Origin: a virus
Taxonomy: Duplodnaviria > Caudoviricetes
Length of the DNA stretch: 24,259 bases
Virus record (IMG/VR): IMGVR_UViG_3300049595_001276
Coordinates: 1-24,259 of that record
Strand: one strand, 5' to 3'
Each line of letters begins with the position of its first letter. Position 1 is the stretch's first letter. Below the pieces are notes generated by a model that saw nothing but the letters and a program-made list of their open reading frames with translations, was not told the DNA's origin and did no database searches. A program made the position numbers and the translations under genes. Below are positions 8,648 through 18,005 of the stretch, piece by piece.

Positions 8648-9265
8648 ATGACAAAAGACTTAATTCAACCTATTCTAGAAGCATTCGATACATGTGGTAT
8701 CGAATGCATTTTCTTAAAAAAAGCAATCCTGGCAAATATTCAGAAGGAATGTGGTGGTATTCCTTCTGCAGAAAATCTGAATTATTCTAAAACTTCTAAT
8801 ACAAGAATTAGATCTATTTTTGGATCAAGAGTAGCCAATTTTTCAGAAGAAGAATTGAATAATGTGAAGAAAACACCGGAATCTTTTGCTGAAATTGTTT
8901 ATGGAAATAAGACTACTTTGGGTAGATCTATGGGTAATTTAGAGCCAGGAGATGGTTGGAAATATCGTGGGCGAGGATATATCCAATTAACAGGAAAGAA
9001 TAATTATATCACATATGGTAATGCAACTGGATTTGATTTAATTGATAATCCTGATATTCTGGTTAATGATAGAAAAGCTTCAGCTGTAGTTTCTGTTGAA
9101 TTTGTGAAGCTTGGATTAGCTGGTAAGTTGAAATTCTCTTCACAAGAAGAAGCTAATCGTGCAGTAACTCAAGTGATCGGAGGAAGAGGTCTAAACCTAA
9201 ATGCAGGATACGGCTCCGAATTATTGGCGAAAGTTAACAAGTTCGCTTCTAATATTGTTCTATGA
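8648..9265 (+). CDS. Glycoside hydrolase family 19 lysozyme/chitinase-like (endolysin-type)
   Basis: KECG, ENLNYS, GDGWKYRGRGYIQLTGKNNY, NPD. Confidence 0.9.
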   Translation: MTKDLIQPILEAFDTCGIECIFLKKAILANIQKECGGIPSAENLNYSKTSNTRIRSIFGSRVANFSEEELNNVKKTPESFAEIVYGNKTTLGRSMGNLEPGDGWKYRGRGYIQLTGKNNYITYGNATGFDLIDNPDILVNDRKASAVVSVEFVKLGLAGKLKFSSQEEANRAVTQVIGGRGLNLNAGYGSELLAKVNKFASNIVL

Positions 9266-10011
9266 AATATAGAGTGAATGCTCTATTCCTATCAGATCTA
9301 CATTTAGGTACAAATGCCTGTAATGTAGATCTGATTGTTTCTGTACTCAAATATTTCGATCCTGAAATTATTGTATTGAATGGAGATATCATAGATTTTT
9401 GGCAGCTTAGTCATTCAAGATCATGGACAAAAGATCACAATAATATCCTGAGAATCATATTCAAATTAGCAAGAGACGGAAAGAAGATTATCTACTGCAC
9501 AGGAAATCATGATGAGATATTAAGAGAGTATACTCCATTCTCATTAGATAATATCTATGTTGTTGACAGATACGAATATAATTCTGAATACAATAGAATC
9601 TTATTTGTACATGGTGATGCTTTCGATTTTGTGATTAAATCTAATAAGTGGTTGGCTAAGATTGGATCTATTGCTTATGATTTTCTGATTGTTGTTAATA
9701 GTTATTTCAACAGATTGAGAAAGATAATTGGAATGGATTATTGGTCTCTCTCAAAATATCTGAAAACACAAACTAAAAAGAGAATAGGTATCTTACAGAA
9801 ATTCGATACATTAGTTGCAGAATATGCTAAAGATTCTGGTTTTAACAAGATATCTGTTGGACACATACACATTCCAGAATATAAAACAATAGATGATATT
9901 CTATACATAAACACTGGTGATATGTGTGAAACTGGTTCATTTCTCATAGAAACAGTTGATGGTGAATTACAATTAATAACAGATTTTGTTACTTGGAAGA
10001 AGAGTAACTAA
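9262..10011 (+). CDS. LpxH/YbbF-like metallophosphoesterase
   Basis: SDLHLG, GDIIDFW, GNHD, HGDAFD, GHIH, YINTGD. Confidence 0.85.
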   Translation: MKYRVNALFLSDLHLGTNACNVDLIVSVLKYFDPEIIVLNGDIIDFWQLSHSRSWTKDHNNILRIIFKLARDGKKIIYCTGNHDEILREYTPFSLDNIYVVDRYEYNSEYNRILFVHGDAFDFVIKSNKWLAKIGSIAYDFLIVVNSYFNRLRKIIGMDYWSLSKYLKTQTKKRIGILQKFDTLVAEYAKDSGFNKISVGHIHIPEYKTIDDILYINTGDMCETGSFLIETVDGELQLITDFVTWKKSN

Positions 10012-10014
10012 CAG

Positions 10015-10043
10015 TTGCTATTACTTTTAGATTATTATATAAT
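10015..10043 (+). promoter_or_regulatory. sigma70-type promoter (leaderless polymerase mRNA)
   Basis: TTGCTA-17 bp-TATAAT; ATG 5 nt downstream, no SD. Confidence 0.65.
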
Positions 10044-10048
10044 ATATT

Positions 10049-12565
10049 ATGGACAAAATTTACACTAACATTCAGTCATGGGGAAGTACTCTATATGTCC
10101 GTTACTTAGAAAATGGACAAAGGTTACAAGAGAGAGTCACTGATTTCCATCCAAGAGTATGGATTCCTGCTCAATCTTCTACCGTAGAATCTGAATTTAA
10201 GAATCTACAAGATTATCCTGTAATCGAATTTGATGCTGGTAATATCAAAGAAACCAGAGAATTCATTGAGAGGAATAAAGGAGTTGGTAACTTTGCTGTA
10301 TATGGTAATATACAACCGGAATATCAATGGATTTCTCAGAATTGTACAGGAACTATTCCTTGGAATGTGGTTGATATCGTTGTTGCATATATCGATATTG
10401 AGTGTACTTGCGAGAATGGTTTTCCTTCTGTTACTGATGCTAATGAAGAGATTAATGCTATTACTATTAAGTTCTCTAATCTAGAGAAGAAAATTGTATT
10501 AGGATTTGATTATTTCACTGGTGAGATTGAAGATGCAATTTATATTCCTTGCGGCACAGAAGAGATTCTTCTTGATAAATTCCTGAAGGTTTGGAAGTCC
10601 AATTATCCTGATATTGTTTCAGGATGGCACGTTAAATTCTTCGATATTCCTTATCTGATTAATAGAATTAATCGTGTATTCGGTGAAGCAAAAACTAAAA
10701 CGATCTCTCCATGGAAGATTCTTCGTGAAGAGACTATCGAGATTATGGGTAAGAAAGTCCAGACCTATGATATGTTTGGGATCGCTGTTTTGGATTATCT
10801 TGATCTATACAAGAAATTCACATATTCTGCGCAAGAGTCTTATAAACTAGATTACATTGCTTCAGTTGAGTTAGGTGAGAAGAAGCTAGATTATTCTGAA
10901 CACGGTTCTTTGCATCTTCTATATAAAGAAGATTATAATAAATTCCTGCAATACAATGCACGAGACGTAGATCTTGTTGTATCTCTAGAAAACAAGATGA
11001 AATTAATCGAGTTGGCTATGACAATGGCTTATGATGCAAAGGTTAATTTCGATGATGTATTCTCACAAGTAAGAATGTGGGATGTGATTATTTATAATCA
11101 TCTTCTTTCAAAAGGATATGTAATTCCTGATAGACAAGAATCTAGAAAAGAACAGATTGAAGGTGCATACGTTAAGGATCCTAAACCTGGATTCTATAAT
11201 TGGGTTGTTTCTTTCGACTTACAATCACTCTATCCACACTTGATTATGGGTGGGAATTTTTCTCCGGATACGATTGTAGATAAGATTATTCCGGGTGTAA
11301 CAGTTGATAAATTGATATCTAAATCTATGGATCTCTCTTCTTTGAAAGAAAACGACTATTCAATGTCAGCAACAGGACAATTGTATCGTAGAGATAAGGA
11401 AAGTTTTTTGGCACAGCTCATGTCCTGGATGTTTGAGCAACGTAAGATTTACAAGTCTAAAATGATTCAAGCTGAGAAAGATCTTGAAATAGCAAAGAAA
11501 AATGGTCAAGATACGAAACAGATTCTTAATGATATCTCCAAGTACAAGAATCTACAGATGGCTAAAAAGATTGCATTGAATTCAGCTTATGGTGCGATCG
11601 CTAACAAATATTTTCGCTTCTACGATAAACGTATTGCAGAATCTATTACTATCGCAGGTCAATTAGCTATTCGTTGGGTTTCTGATAGATTAAATCTTTA
11701 TTTACAAAAATTACTTAAAACAAAAAAGGATTATGTAATAGCTGTAGATACAGATTCTTGTTATTTGAATTTAGAAGACTTAGTTAACAAATTCTTCAAG
11801 GATAAATCGAAATATCAGATTATCGATCTACTTGATAAGATCTGTAAAGAAGAACTACAGAAGATCATTAATGCTTCGTATGAAGATATGGCGGATTATC
11901 TAAATTCTTACTCTCAGAAAATGATTATGAAGAGAGAAGCAATTGCTGATCGTGGTATCTGGACTGCAAAGAAGAGATATATGTTAAACGTATATGATTC
12001 TGAAGGAGTCAGATATACCGAACCTAAGATGAAGATCATGGGTATCGAAGCGATTAAATCTTCGACTCCTAAATTCTGTCGTGATAAGATTAAAGAAGCT
12101 ATCAAAATTATCATGACTAGTGATCAACAAACATTACAAGATTACATTGATAGTGTTAAAACTATCTTCTTGACTCTTCCGCCAGAAGATATTGCATTCC
12201 CACGAGGAGTGAATAATCTATCAACTTATTCTTCTAATATCACCTTATACACGAAAGGAACTCCGATTCATGTAAGAGGATCTTTAATCTACAATAATCT
12301 ATTAAAGAAACACGATCTTCTCAAATCTTATACACAAATCTATGAAGGCGATAAGATTAAGTTTTTGTATCTACGAGAACCTAATCCTATTCGTGAGAAT
12401 ATTATCTCTTTTAATTCTGTTCTTCCAAAAGAGTTTGACTTACATCAATATATCGATTATAATCTACAGTTCCAGAAAACTTTCGTAGAACCTATTTCTA
12501 CAATTTTAGATGCTATTTCTTGGTCTTCGGAAAAGAAATCTACCTTAGATTCATTTTTTGACTAA
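10049..12565 (+). CDS. 43: Family B DNA polymerase (T4 gp43-like)
   Basis: Exo motifs DIE, FFDIPY, YNARD; Pol motifs SFDLQSLYP, KIALNSAYG, DTDS, KKRY; TLDSFF clamp-binding tail. Confidence 0.97.
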   Translation: MDKIYTNIQSWGSTLYVRYLENGQRLQERVTDFHPRVWIPAQSSTVESEFKNLQDYPVIEFDAGNIKETREFIERNKGVGNFAVYGNIQPEYQWISQNCTGTIPWNVVDIVVAYIDIECTCENGFPSVTDANEEINAITIKFSNLEKKIVLGFDYFTGEIEDAIYIPCGTEEILLDKFLKVWKSNYPDIVSGWHVKFFDIPYLINRINRVFGEAKTKTISPWKILREETIEIMGKKVQTYDMFGIAVLDYLDLYKKFTYSAQESYKLDYIASVELGEKKLDYSEHGSLHLLYKEDYNKFLQYNARDVDLVVSLENKMKLIELAMTMAYDAKVNFDDVFSQVRMWDVIIYNHLLSKGYVIPDRQESRKEQIEGAYVKDPKPGFYNWVVSFDLQSLYPHLIMGGNFSPDTIVDKIIPGVTVDKLISKSMDLSSLKENDYSMSATGQLYRRDKESFLAQLMSWMFEQRKIYKSKMIQAEKDLEIAKKNGQDTKQILNDISKYKNLQMAKKIALNSAYGAIANKYFRFYDKRIAESITIAGQLAIRWVSDRLNLYLQKLLKTKKDYVIAVDTDSCYLNLEDLVNKFFKDKSKYQIIDLLDKICKEELQKIINASYEDMADYLNSYSQKMIMKREAIADRGIWTAKKRYMLNVYDSEGVRYTEPKMKIMGIEAIKSSTPKFCRDKIKEAIKIIMTSDQQTLQDYIDSVKTIFLTLPPEDIAFPRGVNNLSTYSSNITLYTKGTPIHVRGSLIYNNLLKKHDLLKSYTQIYEGDKIKFLYLREPNPIRENIISFNSVLPKEFDLHQYIDYNLQFQKTFVEPISTILDAISWSSEKKSTLDSFFD

Positions 12566-12610
12566 ATATTAAAAACAGGTAGCTCCTGTATCAAACAGCA
12601 AAGGAAAAAC

Positions 12611-13642
12611 ATGAGTAAATTATTAGACAAGCTTCAAAAAGCCGGATCAGTCAAACACGCAGAGATTCTCTCTGAATCTTCTTTCTTTAATGTTAAAGAT
12701 TGTATTAGTACCGAACTTCCTATTCTGAATATTGCATTCTCTGGAGAAGTTAATGGTGGACTAGTTCCTGGTCTGACAGTTATCGCAGGACAATCTAAAT
12801 CATACAAAACACTTCTTTCATTGTATTGTATGAAAGCATACTTCAACAAGTATCCAGATTCAGTAGCTCTATTATATGATTCTGAGTTTGGTATCACTCC
12901 AGAATATCTTGAGATGTATGGAATTGATGCTTCTAGAATTATCCATATTCCTATTGAACATATCGAACAATTGAAATTCGATATTGTTAAGAGATTAACT
13001 GAAATTGTACGTGGCGATAAAGTATTCATCATGATCGATTCGATTGGTTCTCTATCTTCAAAGAAAGAAGTAGACGATGCTGTTGATGAGAAATCTGTTG
13101 CAGATATGACACGTGCTAAGTCTATCAGATCTCTACTAAGAATCATCACACCGCATCTCACGATGAAAGATATTCCTTGTCTTGCAATTAATCACGTGTA
13201 CAATACAATGGAAATGTACTCTAAAGCCGTCGTCGGTGGTGGTACTTCTGTGACATATTCTGCAAATCAAATCTTCATTGTTACACGTTCACAAGAGAAA
13301 GATGGGACTGATCTTGTTGGTTATAATTTCACAATCAATATCGAGAAATCTAGATTCGTCAAAGAAAAGAGCAAGTTAATGTTTAATGTTAAATTTGATG
13401 AGGGAATTAACAAATATTCTGGGTTGATGGATATTGCCTTAGAATCTGGTCATGTTACTAAACCTAAGGTTGGATGGTATCAGAAAGTAGGTGAAGAAAA
13501 AAATTATAGATTAGATAAAACTAATACAGAAGAATTCTGGTCTTCTATTCTTGAAGACGAATCATTCCAGAATTTTGTTATCTATAAATTCAAGTTAACA
13601 AATAAGATTCTCGTTGAAGAAGAATTCGAGGTTGAGGAGTAA
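12611..13642 (+). CDS. uvsX: UvsX RecA-like recombinase
   Basis: LNIAFSG, GQSKSYKT, YDSEFG, IDSIG, DMTRAK, EKSRFVKE. Confidence 0.96.
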   Translation: MSKLLDKLQKAGSVKHAEILSESSFFNVKDCISTELPILNIAFSGEVNGGLVPGLTVIAGQSKSYKTLLSLYCMKAYFNKYPDSVALLYDSEFGITPEYLEMYGIDASRIIHIPIEHIEQLKFDIVKRLTEIVRGDKVFIMIDSIGSLSSKKEVDDAVDEKSVADMTRAKSIRSLLRIITPHLTMKDIPCLAINHVYNTMEMYSKAVVGGGTSVTYSANQIFIVTRSQEKDGTDLVGYNFTINIEKSRFVKEKSKLMFNVKFDEGINKYSGLMDIALESGHVTKPKVGWYQKVGEEKNYRLDKTNTEEFWSSILEDESFQNFVIYKFKLTNKILVEEEFEVEE

Positions 13643-13647
13643 TCGAA

Positions 13648-13995
13648 ATGCCTAAGAAAAAGACAAAACAAAATCCAGAAGATGTATTCACTCCGTTCGG
13701 TGATCTACAAGTATCATTCTTCATTACTAGTGGTGAGAAGAATGAAGATAAGATTGTTCTCAGATTAGATGATGGATATCACGAAGGAACTATTTTAGAA
13801 ATTAAAGATTTCCGATTTGAAGACGAATCTAAACCTATTCTATCATTTGATATGAGTATTATCCATGTTCCTGATGATATCCAAACTAATGATAAGGAAA
13901 TTGAAAAGATTGTAAAAAAGGCAGTTAAACGGATTATCCAATCAACACTAAGAACTGCTATGGCTGATGAAACATCTAATTTTGTAAATATCTAA
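13648..13995 (+). CDS. Hypothetical protein at the T4 gp40 position
   Basis: Synteny between uvsX and 41 and similar size; sequence not recognised. Confidence 0.55.
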   Translation: MPKKKTKQNPEDVFTPFGDLQVSFFITSGEKNEDKIVLRLDDGYHEGTILEIKDFRFEDESKPILSFDMSIIHVPDDIQTNDKEIEKIVKKAVKRIIQSTLRTAMADETSNFVNI

Positions 13996-14009
13996 CAATA
14001 AGGTATAAT
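13982..14009 (+). promoter_or_regulatory. sigma70-type promoter for helicase
   Basis: TTGTAA-16 bp-TATAAT (AGGTATAAT as in other promoters here); ATG 9 nt downstream. Confidence 0.55.
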
Positions 14010-14018
14010 ATAGTTATA

Positions 14019-15419
14019 ATGAATATTGAACATCTTATCTTAAAGAATTTACTTCATAATGAAGAGTATGTTAGATCAGTTTTACCTTTCATCAAACCTG
14101 AATATTTTTCAGATATCAACGATCGATCTGTATTCAAGTTCATTAAATCTTTCGTTAATGAATACAATAAACAAGCTACTCCGGAAGCCATCAAGATTAT
14201 GGCTTCTGAGTCTAAAAAGATCAAGATTGAAGATGCTGAAGTAATCTCCAATCTATTAGACACTTGGGGAAAATCTGAATCAACAGATCTACCATTTCTG
14301 ATTAAACAGACTGAAACATTTTGTAAAGAAAAGGCTCTGCATAATGCAATCTTAGATTCTATCAAGATTATCTCTGACGAGAAAGACACAAGAGATAAAG
14401 GAACTATTCCTGAGATCTTAAAAGAAGCACTTGCTATTACATTTGATCCTTCAGTTGGACACGATTTTGTTATCGACGCCGAATGTAGATACGAATTCTA
14501 TCATAAGAAAGAAGAGAGGATCAGATTTGATATTCAGAATTTAAATATGATCACAGGTGGAGGAATTCCTAAGAAAACATTGAATTTGATCATAGCTGGA
14601 GTTAATGTTGGTAAATCTCTAGCAATGTGTCATATGGCTTCAGCAAATGTACTTGATGGCAAAAATGTTTTGTATATCACATGTGAGATGGCAGAAGAAA
14701 GGATTGCAGAAAGAATTGATGCTAATCTATTAGATCTAACACTAGATACACTGAGACAAGTTTCAAAGAAACAATTTATGTCATTAATTGATAATCTACA
14801 AAACAAGACTACTGGTAAATTAGTTATTAAAGAATATCCTACTGGTTCTGCTAATGTCTCGCATTTCAGATATCTTCTTCATGAGTTAGCTTTGAAGAAG
14901 AATTTCGTTCCTGATATCATCTATATTGATTATTTGAATATCTGCTCTTCGTCAAGAATCAAGAATAATGGACAAGCAAATTCTTATACTTTAGTTAAGT
15001 CAATTGCAGAAGAAGTTCGTGGATTGGCTGTTGAAGCGAATTTGCCTATAGTATCTGCAACACAATTTACGAGATCTGGGGCCTCTGATTCTGATGCTGA
15101 TATGTCTGATATCGCCGAAAGTTTCGGTGTGGCTGCAACTGCTGATCTGGCAATTGCTCTAATCAACACTGAAGAGTTAGAAACTCTAGGTCAATTAATG
15201 ATTAAACAGTTGAAGAATAGATATAATGATGTGACTAAGAATAAGAAATTCTTGGTTGGTGTTGACAGATCTAAAATGCGGTTATTTGATATTGGTGATG
15301 TTCAGATTGATGGAGATAATGGATTGACCGATCCATATCAGGATCGTTCTTATGGCAATAAACCATCATATGGCGGAGGATCTTCATACAAGAAGAACTT
15401 TGATAACTTCAAATTCTAA
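14019..15419 (+). CDS. 41: DnaB-like replicative helicase (T4 gp41-like)
   Basis: AGVNVGKS, YITCEMAEE, IKEYPTG, IDYLNI, SATQ, AESFG, KQLKNRY. Confidence 0.96.
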   Translation: MNIEHLILKNLLHNEEYVRSVLPFIKPEYFSDINDRSVFKFIKSFVNEYNKQATPEAIKIMASESKKIKIEDAEVISNLLDTWGKSESTDLPFLIKQTETFCKEKALHNAILDSIKIISDEKDTRDKGTIPEILKEALAITFDPSVGHDFVIDAECRYEFYHKKEERIRFDIQNLNMITGGGIPKKTLNLIIAGVNVGKSLAMCHMASANVLDGKNVLYITCEMAEERIAERIDANLLDLTLDTLRQVSKKQFMSLIDNLQNKTTGKLVIKEYPTGSANVSHFRYLLHELALKKNFVPDIIYIDYLNICSSSRIKNNGQANSYTLVKSIAEEVRGLAVEANLPIVSATQFTRSGASDSDADMSDIAESFGVAATADLAIALINTEELETLGQLMIKQLKNRYNDVTKNKKFLVGVDRSKMRLFDIGDVQIDGDNGLTDPYQDRSYGNKPSYGGGSSYKKNFDNFKF

Positions 15420-15424
15420 AAGAA

Positions 15425-15450
15425 AAAGGGAACCCGAAAAGGTTCCCTTT
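15425..15450. terminator. Bidirectional terminator between convergent genes
   Basis: AAAGGGAACC-CGAAAA-GGTTCCCTTT with A-run upstream. Confidence 0.8.
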
Positions 15451-15456
15451 AACAAT

Positions 15457-15744
15457 TCACCAACAATTTGGAATTCGAAATACATTCCTAATATACATTA
15501 GGATAGTTTTCAGTCGAGACTTTTGTTCAAAATGAGAACAATCTAGATTGACATTCTTAACCTTCCACCAAGGATTTCCATAAGAATCCTGTGTTCTAAT
15601 TCTGTGTTTTCCTTTAACTGGATGTTCTCTAATCTGATAGAGGGACGGATGGTTACAATCTAGATCATCAATATTTGGAATCTTAAGATCTAGATGACTG
15701 AATCTGTTATAATTAAAATGCTTGCAGTCTTTACAAAATACCAT
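15457..15744 (-). CDS. Small Cys-rich, putative Zn-binding protein
   Basis: FCKDCKHF...CNHP...CSHFE. Confidence 0.6.
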   Translation of the reverse strand: MVFCKDCKHFNYNRFSHLDLKIPNIDDLDCNHPSLYQIREHPVKGKHRIRTQDSYGNPWWKVKNVNLDCSHFEQKSRLKTILMYIRNVFRIPNCW

Positions 15745-15745
15745 A

Positions 15746-16864
15746 TTAACTCCTGAGATTAATAGTCACATCTAATACTTTTTCTGGTTGAAGCGCAACC
15801 AACCACTCAGTCGCATTCTTGATCTTTCCAGATCTCCGCATATAGAAATAAGAATGAACCTTTGGATTGAACTCTCTCTGAACTAACAGAGCAAAGTCTT
15901 TCTGAGTCCAAGTTAACATCCCATCCTCTACAATATAAGTCTCCCAAATATCATCTAAATACACAACAGTTCTATCAACACTACTCTTAATCTCATCGAA
16001 ACGAATCTTAAGATCAGGGAAGTAAGCAAAGACCTCAGAGTCTTCACCAGTGCGGATTAACTCGACAATTCGCTTGTCGTTGATAGAATCCTTCAGATGA
16101 TGAATAAGAACATACTTCTCAGACTTAACCTTGATTCGATTGAAATCTTTATCTACTAGAACAAATCCTTCCTGTTTTGATGGATCTAATTGTTTAGAAG
16201 ATGCTAAAATCTCATCGATAGTTTCCATCCCGAAAGATCTAACAACAGGAAATAGATCGGAATATAATTGCGGCCAGAACTCAATTCCGGTCTGGTTATC
16301 ACGAATACCAATAAGAGTCAAGGTCCCCTCATTATCGATCTGTGAAGTCACAACACGATTGTACTTGGAAGTCAACTCGAACATATAAGTGTTTCGACGA
16401 TCAAGATCCAGGGTACTCAGATTCTGACCATAGAATGTCTCCCAGAATAACTGGGCAAAAGTGAATGATTCTTTCCCAACCGACCCACCAGCATCTGGCG
16501 ATCCTTTTGTCGCAACATTCCACTTTCCACTATAATAGTAGACGATCATCAAAGATCCATCGATCTTCTCTTGTGCTACAAACGAAGACCAATCAAAGAT
16601 ATCTTCGTCGATGTTTTCGCCCCAATTAAAGAATCGATCGAATGGACGAGCAACAACTTCCCAACCATTCGCACGATCTAGGATAATTCCACGTGATTCC
16701 CGGACCATCGGATGATCTTTAATCTTTGATGCCTCGATCTGATCATAAGTGAATTGATAGAGATCTGGATAATCACGATGCTGCTGCGAAAAGATCCCAT
16801 ACTCTGCACCTAAAGCAGTTCGATCGCCGTTATTCTCGATTAAGTATTTTTGTAATTTCAACAT
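15746..16864 (-). CDS. rnlA: RNA ligase 1 (T4 RnlA-like)
   Basis: ESRGII, PFDRFFN, motif I EKIDGS, FEL, EGFV, RIKVKS. Confidence 0.9.
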   Translation of the reverse strand: MLKLQKYLIENNGDRTALGAEYGIFSQQHRDYPDLYQFTYDQIEASKIKDHPMVRESRGIILDRANGWEVVARPFDRFFNWGENIDEDIFDWSSFVAQEKIDGSLMIVYYYSGKWNVATKGSPDAGGSVGKESFTFAQLFWETFYGQNLSTLDLDRRNTYMFELTSKYNRVVTSQIDNEGTLTLIGIRDNQTGIEFWPQLYSDLFPVVRSFGMETIDEILASSKQLDPSKQEGFVLVDKDFNRIKVKSEKYVLIHHLKDSINDKRIVELIRTGEDSEVFAYFPDLKIRFDEIKSSVDRTVVYLDDIWETYIVEDGMLTWTQKDFALLVQREFNPKVHSYFYMRRSGKIKNATEWLVALQPEKVLDVTINLRS

Positions 16865-16866
16865 AA

Positions 16867-17085
16867 CTAAGATCCATAGACCTCTAAAGATTTCTTCCAG
16901 ATAATAGAATCTGAATCAACTAGAACCATCTCTGGCTTTCCAGCAAAACAATCTACTCGGAGGGATTCCGAACTGAAGAGATTAGCTTCTTCCTCAGTAT
17001 CAAAATACTGGGTGTCAACAACTGACACCCAACCAGTTTCTGAAGATGAACAAATATACACTGCCCATTTAACGGTGATTTTCAT
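16867..17085 (-). CDS. Hypothetical protein
   Basis: 72-aa ORF tightly packed in the - strand operon. Confidence 0.6.
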   Translation of the reverse strand: MKITVKWAVYICSSSETGWVSVVDTQYFDTEEEANLFSSESLRVDCFAGKPEMVLVDSDSIIWKKSLEVYGS

Positions 17086-17086
17086 G

Positions 17087-17479
17087 TTATAATCCTAATA
17101 GATCTCGCTCTTCATCAGTTAACTTCGAGAGTGCGGCAGATTTTTTTCTGAATAATTCTTCCGCTTCCCGCCTCTCTCGCAAAAACCATTCTAATCTCGA
17201 AGAGACAGTTTCGAATGCATCAACAACTTCTTGTGACCTGGATGCAGGAAGATGAAATGGAAGACTGACAACGTCTTGGTGTCTTTCTTCTAAGGTTGAG
17301 AAACGAAATTCCATGGTCTCTTCGGAACGTTCGACCCGAAGATCATGTCCGTTATTGAAATGTTCGAAGACGAGATTCAACAAATTGAAATGGTAATCTT
17401 TCTTGAAGGTCTCCCAATGTAGACGATCCCTCTCTTCCTGTTCTATTCTCAATTTTTCGTTTCGTTCACTCTTCTTCAT
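17087..17479 (-). CDS. Hypothetical protein
   Basis: 130 aa ending ALSKLTDEERDLLGL; directly behind a - strand promoter. Confidence 0.7.
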   Translation of the reverse strand: MKKSERNEKLRIEQEERDRLHWETFKKDYHFNLLNLVFEHFNNGHDLRVERSEETMEFRFSTLEERHQDVVSLPFHLPASRSQEVVDAFETVSSRLEWFLRERREAEELFRKKSAALSKLTDEERDLLGL

Positions 17480-17485
17480 ATAACC

Positions 17486-17513
17486 ATTATACCTCGAAAA
17501 CCAGAAAGATCAA
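17486..17513 (-). promoter_or_regulatory. sigma70-type promoter, leftward, leaderless
   Basis: - strand TTGATC-16 bp-TATAAT-GGTTAT-ATG. Confidence 0.75.
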
Positions 17514-17534
17514 AGTTTTTCTGAATATTTATTT

Positions 17535-17649
17535 CCTTTGTTTTCAACAACTTGTGCTAAACTATTGATTCTAAAGGGAATATTCTTTCGAATCTTTATC
17601 TCGTTTGTTTTCAATGATTTAGCACAAGTTGTTGAAAACAAACGAGATA
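17535..17649. repeat. Four about 19-bp IHF-site-like units forming overlapping inverted repeats
   Basis: Perfect 25-bp IR 17537-17561/17618-17642; perfect 18-bp IR 17597-17614/17632-17649; units resemble WATCAANNNNTTR. Confidence 0.85.
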
Positions 17650-17664
17650 TTCTTTTGAAAAAAT

Positions 17665-17693
17665 TTGCTTCTGAAATATGGGTACGCTATAAT
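17665..17693 (+). promoter_or_regulatory. sigma70-type promoter, rightward, leaderless
   Basis: TTGCTT-17 bp-TATAAT-GGTTAT-ATG. Confidence 0.75.
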
Positions 17694-17699
17694 GGTTAT

Positions 17700-17951
17700 A
17701 TGGAAAAGGGACGTTACGAGGAACTCTGCGAAATTAAAGGTCGCCTTTATAAAGATCTTTCGAGGATGATGGATTTATTAGGAAAAGGCTTGGCTGTAGA
17801 TAACGTCAACCAGGTTCTCCTTGAACTTGGTTATGTCTCGCAAGAACAACCTTCAGAAGATGAACTGATGCCTTCTTGGTTGGCAAGTCCGGATCGTATG
17901 GGCGGACAATTCACCCAATCTGAAATTTCAGATTCTAGAAATAATTGGTAA
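17700..17951 (+). CDS. Hypothetical protein (83 aa)
   Basis: ATG 17700 is 6 nt after the -10 box; the track's upstream extension runs through the repeat. Confidence 0.65.
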   Translation: MEKGRYEELCEIKGRLYKDLSRMMDLLGKGLAVDNVNQVLLELGYVSQEQPSEDELMPSWLASPDRMGGQFTQSEISDSRNNW

Positions 17952-17970
17952 AAAATATTTCCAAGATTCC

Positions 17971-17999
17971 TTGACAACAGTCGATCGATAAGGTAGAAT
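17971..17999 (+). promoter_or_regulatory. sigma70-type promoter, leaderless
   Basis: TTGACA-17 bp-TAGAAT; ATG 6 nt downstream. Confidence 0.8.
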
Positions 18000-18005
18000 A
18001 GAATT

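Noticed and set aside
10049-15419. Inteins or introns in polymerase, UvsX or helicase
   Set aside because: Lengths are normal, frames are continuous and no splicing or homing-endonuclease motifs were seen
17535-17649. CRISPR array or transposon ends
   Set aside because: Units alternate in orientation with no unique spacers; no cas or transposase gene nearby
17538-17699. N-terminal extension of the 137-aa ORF
   Set aside because: Runs through the inverted-repeat cluster and promoter; ATG 17700 fits a leaderless start
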